A DNA stretch of 63,584 nucleotides, filler included, from Vannella sp. (lineage: Eukaryota): assembly GCA_023345925.1 (NCBI GenBank). It is 5 parts of 5 records of this genome, joined end to end, with 100 filler letters (N's around TTAATTAATTAA, not from the genome) between each part and the next. Parts side by side here need not be neighbours in the genome. Positions count along the whole stretch, not along the records: positions 39,169 to 55,533 come from JAJQQN010001044.1; positions 55,634 to 63,584 come from JAJQQN010001420.1; 3 more parts are not named here. One strand, given 5' to 3'. This document shows, piece after piece, positions 47,488 through 57,695 of the stretch; positions within the stretch are counted from its first letter, which is position 1, and the number at the start of each line of letters is the position of its first letter. Under the pieces are notes generated by a model. That model saw nothing but the letters and a program-made list of their open reading frames with translations, was not told where the DNA came from and did not search any database. Position numbers and translations under genes: made by a program.

Positions 47488-50299
47488 TTAGTCCGTTGGG
47501 AGGTCCTTTGGGCGCTCTGACTCATCGTCGGACTGGATAAAGAGGACTGGAATACTTTTTGTGGATGTTCGAGGTTCGAAATGCGCGTCCAAGTGAGGAA
47601 CGCTGGCACTTTTGGGCTCCAGTTTTCGCTCTATTTTGCTGCTCAACCGGTGGATTTGCTTTCTTGGTGAAATACTTCGCTTTCGAGAGACTTGGGGGAC
47701 AAGGAGGGAGTCAGGACCGTCAGTGCCACTGCGCTGTCGCAGTTTGGGACGGTTGCTGACTCGCTTGGGAGGGCCTGGTTCGGATTCCATCCGGACAACC
47801 GCTTCGTTTGGCTCATTCTTCCATGTCCGTGGGTTCGAGAGGATTCGTTTGGTGTTTGGCTGAAGTTGGCTTTCCAACATCTCGATAATTAGGCTGAACC
47901 CAGGCCGCTTGGATGGCTTTTGATGCCAGCACTTCTTAATGAGTTTGATTAGAGTGTCATCACCAAATGTAACAAGGGATAGAGAAGGTCTGTCCCCTCG
48001 TTTAACTAAATCAGGGACATCCCAAGCTTTCTCTTCTGCCCAAGGTCGACAGCCAGAAAACAGCTCCCACAAGATTATTCCAAAGCTATAAACATCAACT
48101 GGCCCAATGTGAGTACTTCTGGCCCACTCTGAAGAGTGTGCCTACTGATTCGGTCATATTTGGATCCTTTCAAGAACATCTCCGGCGCCATCCAAAAGGT
48201 TGTTCCCAAGTTATTTGTCATTTCTCCTGTCAGATCACAGAATCTCGAGGTCCCGAAGTCAATGATTTGAGGCATATTGTCGTCACCAATCTGGATATCC
48301 GTAAATTAGTCTTGCAGGTCCCTTTTGAATGCGAAGAACATACCAGCACGTTCAGGGACTTGAGATCACGGTGAATAAGTCCCATTTGATGAAGATAATC
48401 CATCCCTTTCGCAATGCCAAGTGCAATATGGAGCCGCTCATCTTTTGTAAGAAGTTTTCCCTCCTTCTGGAGAAAATCCCAAAGAGATCCACGTTCCTGT
48501 AAGTTGACTGCAATGAATCGTTCGGCACTCTCATCTTGAGGGTCAGCTGGGGCATGGGCTCCGAAGCAAGTGATCAAGTTTGGATGCTGTAGCATGGAAC
48601 CAATGGCCAACTCTCGCCAAAATTCATCTTGTTCCTCCTTGCAAGAAAAAGGGCGAAAGGTTTTGATAGCCACCTTCATCCCTCTATAAGTAGCTTCGTA
48701 AATCACTCCAACTCCACCAACAGCGAGCCTCTTTCCAAGCACCACATCTTCAGGTAATATCTCTCGATGGACGGTTATCTTATTTCCTGTCGCCAGGTCA
48801 AGAATCTCCTTTAAACAGGATCTTAAAACCAAATCGCGCAAGTCGCGGTACTTTTGAACAGGAAAAGCAAAGGTAGCAAGCACTTGTGCAGCCCGAAATG
48901 CTATTTCTTTCCTGATATCTGTTGGAAAATAACCAAGAATTGTCTCTGCCGAAGGAGACTTAATTTCCTGCGCAAGACTGATCAAAAGGTGTGTTTCAGG
49001 CGGAGATATAAAGTTTCGAGGAATGATTTTCTCTTGCAGAAGGGCAAAAACGAAAAATGCGTCTTGAGAGGGTCTCAGCGAGAGACCAGAAGATTGTAGA
49101 TTGAGTCTCAGCTTCTTTTGGTTGATTATTGTGTCACGATGGGGGTGCACTTCAAGCACACTCATGAAAGCGCGATAAGCAACATAAATCTGATTCGCTG
49201 TCTCCTCCGGTGCACCCTCCCCAAAGTGGAAACTGGGACAGACGAGACTGTTAATACGCTCTCCTAGCGATATTGATGCATTGAAAGACCAAATCGTTGA
49301 CAGCACACTCCACATCAAAGAATAAGCGTCAACTAACCGCGCAGACCGAGGGACAACAACCACGCAGATCCAAGGTAATGATGAGCATTGAGTTCTCAAA
49401 ATGAAGCTGTGGTTCACTTTCATCTCTCCCATAAAGTCTCTGTCGATTTTCGTCTTGAGAATCTCAGAGAAAGACTCGTCGAATAAACTTGGAAGGATAT
49501 CTGGTGTGCCGCATTGCAAATCACCAAAAAGTAAGTCGCCTTGGGGACTACAAGAGATAACTAGGCAATTAGGGACTTCAAAAGAGCCAGCTGATTCTAA
49601 TAGAGTTCGTTGTAAGCTTGTTCGGAGTGACTCTGAGTGAAATGCTCCCTCTTTCGGAACAGAATCGGTTGGAGGAAGTGTCTTGATGATATTCTGCTTT
49701 AGAGGAGCCAGGAAAGCGAGCATGCCATGCTTTCCTGGTACCCTCAAATCAATCTCTTCTCCCAAATCCGTTTCCTCTTCATCCTCCAAACAAGGATCTG
49801 AACGGAGAGGAGATCTTTGGCGCTCCTTACGAGCTCTCCGCTTCTTGGGAGCTAGAAGATCGAATCCAATAGACTCAAAGTAGTTGGGGATGGTCATGTC
49901 TGTGCTAGCCACTTGAGGGGAGTTGAAGAAGGCGCGGAAGAGGGCACTTGCAACAGCTCCGTCCCTGTTATGGAACATGATGCAGAGCTTGGCTCGGTCT
50001 AGGTTCTCTAATCCTCCAGTATTGATGTCAAGCTTACTCGGACGCCATCCCAGCAACGCCTGGAGAGGATTACCGTTCTCTTCCGAAGGGTGTGGTGGCA
50101 AAAGGAGGTCGTTTTGTTTGAGTAGCTCACGGAAGAGCTCTGCAGGGACATCCTTGATAAGATGAATCTCAGGAGCCTTGGTATGAGTGCGAGAGGAGCT
50201 CTGAGGCGAGTAGATTCGGTGATCAATCCGGGGGCTTATGAGGCGTTCTTCCAGGTGATTACCACGCGGAGAGAAGGCCATGCTCACGCACACAGGCAT
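47488..50299 (-). CDS. TKL-group protein kinase with upstream degenerate macro-like domain
   Basis: LAVGGVGVIY, VAIK, HPNL, IHRDLKSLNVL, DFG, GTTFWMAPE, MWELFSG..PW, CWHQKPSKRP; two short introns in the kinase domain. Confidence 0.85.
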
Positions 50300-50600
50300 A
50301 TCAGGGTGCTCCTTGCAACTAAGATGAGCCGCCTCCCGACACTCTGTACTCGAGAATAAACAATGGCGCCTTTAAAGAATGGAAACGCCCACCTGTACAC
50401 ACCAAGGAACTCCTGCCAAGGCCCCAAACCAAGTTCCTGCAGGCAAAACACATGGCAGTGGTCCTCAAAGTGCGCTTCCTCCACTCGTGACCGCCTTCCA
50501 TCGCCAAATGACCACCGAAACGTTTAGGTGGTCGTTGGAAAGAAAAAAGTCGGAAACTGAAATTTTTCTTGGAAAAGCAGTTTTAGCCTAAATGAATTTG

Positions 50601-51341
50601 TCACTCTGGAACAGCCATGAGTGGGAGGAGTGCACCTCCGAGAGGAATTACTGCGTGGACTCTGAATGGATCCGTGGGTCCGATGCGAGTCATGACGTAG
50701 ATCTCCTGAATGGTAAAGTGGGAAGGCTTCCATTGCTCCTGGTATTGCTTTTGGAGTGCCAATGCGGTCTTCTTGTCCCGGAAGAAAGCGATCCCGATGT
50801 GAGGAACGAATGGCCCTTTGCCGTGCGAAGGAAACTCCGCCTTGCAAACCTGGTAGATGTCGTTCAATGAACTCCCGTTCACCTGCGGCTCCAGAAACAA
50901 CGTTTGGGAGCCTGCATTATCGAACATGGCAATCTCATTCAGACTCATCTGGAAGGGCGCGATGTCTTTCAAACTCTTCCTCAGGACGAGGGCCGCATCC
51001 TCCACTCGATCGGGCAGGACAAACGGGGACAGTAGAGTGATGTGAGGGTAGGGTGGACGCTTGATGCGGGGATTCATGTGCTTCTTCTTCATATCCACAA
51101 TGGCTCCCCAAAACTCCGAGGGTGGGCAGATTACCAGCGTCACTTTGGCGTCCGTTCCCGAGAAATCATAAGAAGACGGAGATGGGAACAAGTCTTGTTT
51201 TGAGGAAGGAGGAGGAGCCCGAACAACTGCAATTGGGGCAGAGATATCCCGAACCAAAGCTGCTTTCCTTCTTTCAAACTCGTTGTCCTGGATGAATCCA
51301 GCTTGGTGGAGCTCTATCAGAGCTTCAATCGTGTCTCTCAT
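50601..51341 (-). CDS. SHOCT-like N-terminus + 2H phosphoesterase (2'-5' RNA ligase-like/LENG9-like)
   Basis: LIELHQAGFIQDNEFERRKAAL; LVICPP, PYPHITLL.PF, PHIGIA. Confidence 0.8.
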   Translation of the reverse strand: MRDTIEALIELHQAGFIQDNEFERRKAALVRDISAPIAVVRAPPPSSKQDLFPSPSSYDFSGTDAKVTLVICPPSEFWGAIVDMKKKHMNPRIKRPPYPHITLLSPFVLPDRVEDAALVLRKSLKDIAPFQMSLNEIAMFDNAGSQTLFLEPQVNGSSLNDIYQVCKAEFPSHGKGPFVPHIGIAFFRDKKTALALQKQYQEQWKPSHFTIQEIYVMTRIGPTDPFRVHAVIPLGGALLPLMAVPE

Positions 51342-51468
51342 GAACTGGAATGAGCATCTCAAGAAGCAAAAGCAACCAAAACACTGTTCCCAAGGTTTTC
51401 CAGAAAAAAGTGAGAATGCGTTGCGGTACAGAGGATTTAAAAGAGACAGAGAGGTTCGAATGCATGTC

Positions 51469-53047
51469 CTATTTCATGGAGAGGAGCATGGCGTTGGGCT
51501 GTTCAACGAAAGTCTTCATAGTGTTGGAGAAGCGGGCCATTGTGGCTCCGTCTATGACTCTGTGATCCGCGCTCCAGCTTAGTGGGATGATGTGAGCAGC
51601 GTAGACTTGGCCTTTGGCATCAAATCGGGGAAGAGTTTGGATCTTGCCAAGAGCACCGATCGCCACTTGAGGGAGGAAGAGGATGGGAGATGCGTACGTC
51701 CCTCCAATCGCGCCAACGTTAGAGAGAGTGAACGTACCACCTTCCAGGTGCTTCTTTTCCAACTTGCCAGCAGATCCCAGCTGTTGGAGTGAGTTCAACT
51801 CGCGTGCGATCTCCAGGATGCTCAAATCTTGGACATTCTTGATGTTGGGGACGATCAAACCAGCTGGAGTGTCCATAGCAATACCAATGTTGTGACTACC
51901 CTTCAAGGTCACTGCCGTACAGTCCTCGTTCGTGTAGGCATTGAGATCAGGGTACTCTTTGAGGGCCAACGAGCACGCCTTGATGAGGAAGGGGAGATAA
52001 GACAGCTTAATACCACGCTCTAATGCGATGGGCTTCATCTGTGATCGCAGTTCCTTCAGCTCATTGATGATCATCTCCTCGCAGTAACCAAAGTGGGGGA
52101 TTTGGCACGCTGCGGTCATGCTCTTCACCATCACCTTGCGAATACCCTTGATTGGGACCTCTTGATCCTCTAGCTGGTAGCTTGGAGTACTCGCTGTGAC
52201 AGGGAGGACTTTCTCTAAAGCAGGGGCAGCCATACTGATAGGCATCTTCTCAGTCACCTTGCTGATAGGCGTACGTCCGTTTGCAAGGTAGCTGAGAATG
52301 TCTTCCTTCAAGACACGTCCTTCTTTACCGGAGAAAGCGACTTGGCTTAGGTCGATGTTGTGCTCTCTGGCAATACGGCGGACTGCAGGGGTAGCAAGGA
52401 CCTTCTCAACAGTTAGAAACGAACCAGAGGGGATGAAGGTCCTTTCCCTCACTCTCCTTACCTTTAAAGGACCACCGCGGGTCTGAATGGTCTGGAACTG
52501 GGTTTCGTGGTCGCCATGAGTGTTCAATGTTGGTAAAGAAGCATCGACAGGCAACTCCTCGGCTTGTTGGGTCTCTGCACCTTCCCCTTCGATACGAATA
52601 TCAACAAGGGGCTTGCCAACCTTCGCCATATCGCCCACAGCGTAGTGGATCTTTGTTATTACTCCATCGTAGGGGCTTGTGATCTCTGCAGTGGCTTTGT
52701 CGCTTTGTACCTCGCAGATCATATCGAATTGCTGGATCTGTTGACCCTCTTCTACATGCCACTTGATGATCTCGCACTCAGCGATGCCCTCTCCCACGTC
52801 GGCAAGATTGAACGGTGTTGGGGCCACTGCAAAGTACCGCCAAGCTGTACTCATCAGGGGTTGGATCCTCCCTGTCGATCTCCTTAAGGCTGGGATGCTG
52901 TAAAGAGCGAAACTCTTCTTCCAAGAAGGTAAGGAGGACTTCCAACAACCCCCCGCACCGTCCATTTGAGCTTACCTTGGTAACAGCAGCACATCGTAGA
53001 GGTCTCGATACCTGCAACACGCCTCGAACACTTTGCCGAGCCAACAT
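51469..53047 (-). CDS. DBT: Branched-chain alpha-keto acid dehydrogenase E2 (dihydrolipoamide acyltransferase)
   Basis: LADVGEGIAEC, EVQSDKA lipoyl site, LATPAVRR, IPHFGY, GGTFTLSN, SWSADHRVIDGA; presequence MLARQSVR. Confidence 0.95.
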
Positions 53048-53231
53048 GTTTGCAACAACCCGCCACCAGAAAAATGCTGACTCGGGCAACCACCGCTTCA
53101 GCACTTTCCTTTAATTCTTCAATTTGCTTTGTTTGAGTGATAAGCGATGTTAGCTCACACCTCGCTGTTGGGGCGTGGCTGTTAGGACAGGAGGGAACGG
53201 CAAAGGGAGTCTTAGTTTGTCAAGCAGTGCG

Positions 53232-55314
53232 TTACTCTTTGGAATGGGAGTTCTTTGTTTGTTGAATGGCGCGCTGAAGGACCTGGATGCGGTTGGTGAG
53301 ATCATCCAGGTTTTGAGTGGCTTCTTGGAGGTGCTTCTCTTCCTTTTGGACGAACGTTGAGAAGGGAGAGACGGCATCACGGAGCTTGATGCTGTTGTTC
53401 TGGAGTTCGTCCTCAAAGTGAGAGTTGAGGGCAGAGAGAATCCGCTCGCGGAGGTCTCCCACACGTTGGTCGAAATCCTTCTTCACCGTGACTCGTCGAT
53501 ATGGGATGACGCACAGACCAACGGCAGCAACGGCAGATGCTCCCAGAATACCTGTAAAGTCCAAGAGAGACACACTGAGCAGGGCACCCATACCCAGGGC
53601 ACTGGCACCTGTGAGCGCCACTGCCTGGAACATGGATTGTTGGACCTTCTGAGAGAGTAGCTTGCTCTCATTCTCCTTGTCATAGCTGAAAGCCACCTGA
53701 TGCACTTGAGCACCCAGGGTTTCCAAAAGCTGCTTTCGGGTGACCTCAAAGTTGCCGAACTGGATTCGGTGATTGACAGCCTGATTGCGGGTTTCTAAAG
53801 AGGCTAGAATGCGCTTCCACTCTTTGGAGTTCTTTTCGACCATCCAGTCAATGATATCACTGATCATAGAGTCAATCTGAGCAGTTGTGTCACGAATGAC
53901 TTTCAACTCAAAGTCAGATTTGATCTTCTGGTCGTTGAAAAGAAGCAAAACATTGGACATGCGCAAGGTTTCGTCTAAGAAGGACTCGCCCCTTTCCTTC
54001 AGTCGCAGCAAGAGATTGTCCACGCGGCTCTCCTGGAATCGGAAATCTGTCAACAAGTCAGACTGACCCTAAATGTAAGAGTGAGGGCCTCCTACCTCGT
54101 CGCAAGTCATTCTGGAAGATAACAATGTCGTCGTTGATGCTTTGAAGAAGCTTCATGTCTCCTCGAGTGATCTCTCCTTGGTTCCTTAGGATATCCCGAT
54201 AGGACGTTGCCAGCTTGCCACAAACACCCAAAGGATTCGATAACTTGAGTTGCAACCGCTCAGAAGCATCGAGAGTCTGATGAATGTACTTCTCAAGCTC
54301 CCCAAACTGGTTGTACTTGGCTGCAAGTGATGTGGGAGAAAGTGTCTTTCCCATCTTCTGCTCCAAAGTGCTTCGAGAACTGACAGGGAAGATCATTGGA
54401 GAGGTTCGAGTCAGGTCCTGGTAGCTCTTCTCCACAAAGTCAGTGACTTGCAAGAGTTCAGTGGGCGACTGGAGTTGGTCGATCTTCGTGATGATGAGAA
54501 CAACCTTCTTGCTCCAGGTTTGAATGCGCTGTAAGAACTGTCTCTCGCTCTCTGAGAAGGGTCTCTCCACGCTGGTAACGAAGAGAATCAGATCAGATTG
54601 GGGAATGAAGTGTTCTGTGATAGCCTCGTGGGATCGTACGATTGCGTTGGTACCTGGTGTGTCTACCACATTGATCTCCTTCAACCACTCAATAGGGACG
54701 TAGATCGAGTCCACCTCCTGGTCATCGGTTGAGCGGAAGTGAGAAGCACCGAACTTGATGACGTTGACCTTCTGTGTCGTTGGAGTGATCCCTTGTTCGA
54801 GGTATGGATGGCCCAGAAGAGCATTGAGGAAGGAGCTCTTTCCACTGTTGAATTCGCCAACGACAACGAGAGAGAAGAGCCTGTCCAGTGTTGCAAGGGA
54901 AGTCTCCAGCAGCTGGAGCTCATCCTCGGAGCATCCAATGTCTTTTGCGAATCGGATGAAGTCTTTGAGGAACTCCTGCTCCTCTTGAATGAGCTTTTGG
55001 TCTCCTGTGCTGAGGAGGGGACGCCGAGATAGAACCTCCTCCTTCACGAGCACACTGGTGGGCGTTATTGTCTCTCCCTCAGCAAGCCCATCAGTAGCAC
55101 TGCTGCCTGACCATCTGCTGGAGCCCCAATAATACGTCGTGTTCAAAGGAGACCTTCCTAATCGCTCGTTTCTCTGAGCTCCAACAGCCCCGAGAAGAGG
55201 TGTTGATGCTAGCATCCTAAACTCTTGTCTTGGCAACGACACACGAGCAGCACCCCTCAGAACACCAAAGAGCGGCGCTCGAACAAAGCAGCTCATGGAA
55301 GAAGACCGAGCCAA
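53232..55314 (-). CDS. Bacterial-dynamin-like/FZL-type GTPase with C-terminal TM hairpin
   Basis: VVVGEFNSGKSSFLNALLG, GITPTT, VDTPGTN, RPFSESE, KID, hydrophobic hairpin ...IPYRR; presequence-like N-terminus. Confidence 0.85.
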
Positions 55315-55533
55315 AATGATTTCCCCTTCAACTCTACACTATCACAGTTCACACATAAGCTAAGAACAAGAAAAATAGGAAGAGACGGCATTTTGCGGAA
55401 GCATGTTTCGGATTGCGGTGAGGGAGAACAAGAAGAGGTGTCTTGCGTTGCTAACTAGATCCCCAGAAAGCTTGCCATGGATCTACTCCAGTGATTGTGA
55501 GTGCGGTGCGAACCCCTATTGGCTCCTTTGGGG

Positions 55534-55633
55534 NNNNNNNNNNNNNNNNNNNNNNNNNNNNNNNNNNNNNNNNNNNNTTAATTAATTAANNNNNNNNNNN
55601 NNNNNNNNNNNNNNNNNNNNNNNNNNNNNNNNN
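55534..55633. other. Artificial contig linker
   Basis: N-TTAATTAATTAA-N. Confidence 0.97.
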
Positions 55634-57488
55634 CGATGAGCAAATCGATAATCTCATCTCGATTGTTCGCCACAGCGAGATCCAGAGCTGTCTGACCCAT
55701 CATTCTCAGTACTCCTTCAAAAGCACCCTTCTCCTCGCGGAAGATACGTCTTGACCATTCCAATCCAAAGGTCATAGATGCTGGTGAGACAATCACTTAC
55801 TTCCTAAAAAGATCCCTGAAAGATGAATGAGAGTCCCTATTTCTCCTCGCTCGCACTATGATAGCTAAAGGATGGATCCCACTTACCCCCTAAACACCGC
55901 CCCTTCAGGTGAGATCAAGCTCCCTTCAAGTGCCCCCTGGGCCCGGAGCGATCAGGCAGCCACCTACCCGCTAAAGATATCCCTGTGGTGAGGGGGTCGT
56001 GATCTTCTCCTCTTCCCTCTGGAAGAGTGGATAGTGCGAGTAAGTCACCTACATGCTAAAGATAATGCGAATAAGCGCTACGTTCCCTGGAGCTACTCGC
56101 TTTTCCTATTAAAAGGCAAATTACCGGCTACAATAGAGCTGGTCAGAAGGAGCCATGGCGTGTGCCCCATTGGACCATCCTCTGGGAATTAGAACAGCTT
56201 TCTGAGGCCAAGGTCTCAAAAGCCACAATTAGGCAGCCATAACCATTTGCACTCTTCCAGACAGTAATCTCCCACCTCCCGAGGAGCAAGGTCTCAGCAA
56301 AAGTCACTTACACACTAAAAAAGCGGCCGTTGAGAATCTCTTCTGCCGAAAGGAGAGAACAAACCTCATTAACTGCGATCCCAGGTGAGCCGAGTAGATA
56401 TCTGACAATCTCGATCTGTCCTTTTTCGGAGGAGTATCCGAGAAAGGTCTGATTCCCTTAAGATGAGCTGAGCCCTTCTCGATCTCCCGAAAGAGGCATT
56501 TCGATTGAGTGGATGGTGGATCTGTCACTTACATTCTAAATCATCCCGAAGGTGAGGTTCTCCTCTTCTTTTCCATCTGCCTATCAGAGAGAAAGACATC
56601 GAAAGTCATAAGGGTGGGGCGAATGGGCCACTAACCCACTAAAAGCATATCAAAAAGGTGAGCTTTTCCTTCAGCTATTCCTCTTGAGGGTCCTTCTCCT
56701 TCTCCATCAAAGGGAAGTGAATAATCAACCACCTACACGCTAAAAGCAACCCCATTATGGTGAGTCCTTAATCTTTCTCCTTCCCCATCAACGGAAGGAA
56801 CCATTGATCAGTCACTTACACTCTGATTGCATCACAAGGTGAGTTCTCCTGCTCCTCTTCATCTCCTTTCTCCAAAGAAAGAGACATTAAAGGGGAGGAG
56901 CTGATGGATCTGCCACTTACAGACTAAAGCATCCCCAAAGGGTGAGTTACTCCCTTCTCCTCTTCTTCACATCAAAGAAAGACGTCAAAAGAGGGCCAAT
57001 GGATGATTCACTTGCATTCTAAGCACCCACAAAAGGTGAGTTGCTCCCTCCTTCTCCTTTCCTTCCCATCCCTGAGAGAAAGAAAAATCAAGGAAGGGGC
57101 TGATGGATCAGTCACTTACTCCCTTTTTGAAAGCATCCCCACAAGGTGAGTACTTCTTCCTTCTCCTCCCACCGAGAGAAAGAGAAACCAAAAGGAAGGC
57201 TAACGGATCAGTCACCTACATCCTAGAGGATCCCCATAAAGGTAAGCTCTTCTCCTTCCCATCAAAGAATGGGACATCGAAAGGGAGGAGCTGACGGAGC
57301 AGTCACTCACTTCCTAAAAGCACGACCAAATGGTGAGCCCTTCGGATCCCATCAAGCGGGAGCGAGAAAGGACAGCCAAAATGAGAACGCACTTTGTTGA
57401 GGGCATCCGGATGAGAGTGCAAGAAGGCTTTAACCTCTGGTATGCTCCCAGAGACGATGGCGGCGTAATGGGCCTTCGTGCAGGCCAT
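55634..57488 (-). CDS. Ankyrin-repeat protein with codon-sized microexons, 3' truncated at contig end
   Basis: Exon 57488-57393 MACTKAHYAAIVSGSIPEVKAFLHSHPDALNK; nine 3-nt exons; exon 56448-56365 TFLGYSSEKGQIEIVRYLLGSPGIAVNE; at least six 3-nt exons; exon from 55691 TALDLAVANNRDEIIDLLI; all junctions phase 0. Confidence 0.8.
55692..56364 (-). repeat. Second, more diverged microexon array
   Basis: AC-NNN-CT cores at 56312, 56125, 56053, 55968, 55887, 55801. Confidence 0.8.
56449..57392 (-). repeat. Tandem array of nine ~85-105 bp intron/microexon units
   Basis: Plus-strand consensus ...gatggatcagtCACTTAC-NNN-CTAAAgcatccc...aGGTGAGttctcc...; NNN at 57311, 57220, 57120, 57016, 56921, 56820, 56737, 56636, 56533. 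Confidence 0.9.
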
Positions 57489-57695
57489 CGAGAGAATGGA
57501 GGGGAAACGAAACTTTCGCGGCCCATTGCACTAATGCCAGGGTGTTCCAGAAGGCTCAAGATGGTCTCTCTGGAATCTGGAAGAGTGAACAATCCTTCAA
57601 GCTCCACCAACCCGGCTTAATGGCACCCCCCCCGGATAAGGGCTGCCAATCTACCAGAGGAGAGAGTAACATGAGACCAGTTTCAGATCGCTTAG

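Noticed and set aside
55780..57340. Plus-strand AGGTGAGT motifs as 5' splice sites of a plus-strand gene
   Set aside because: No coherent plus-strand reading frame; they are better explained as minus-strand CTCAC branch-point-like motifs just upstream of each AG.
56449..57392. CRISPR-like repeat-spacer array
   Set aside because: Units are degenerate and similar along their whole length, the conserved parts are splice signals, there are no cas genes, and the context is eukaryotic.
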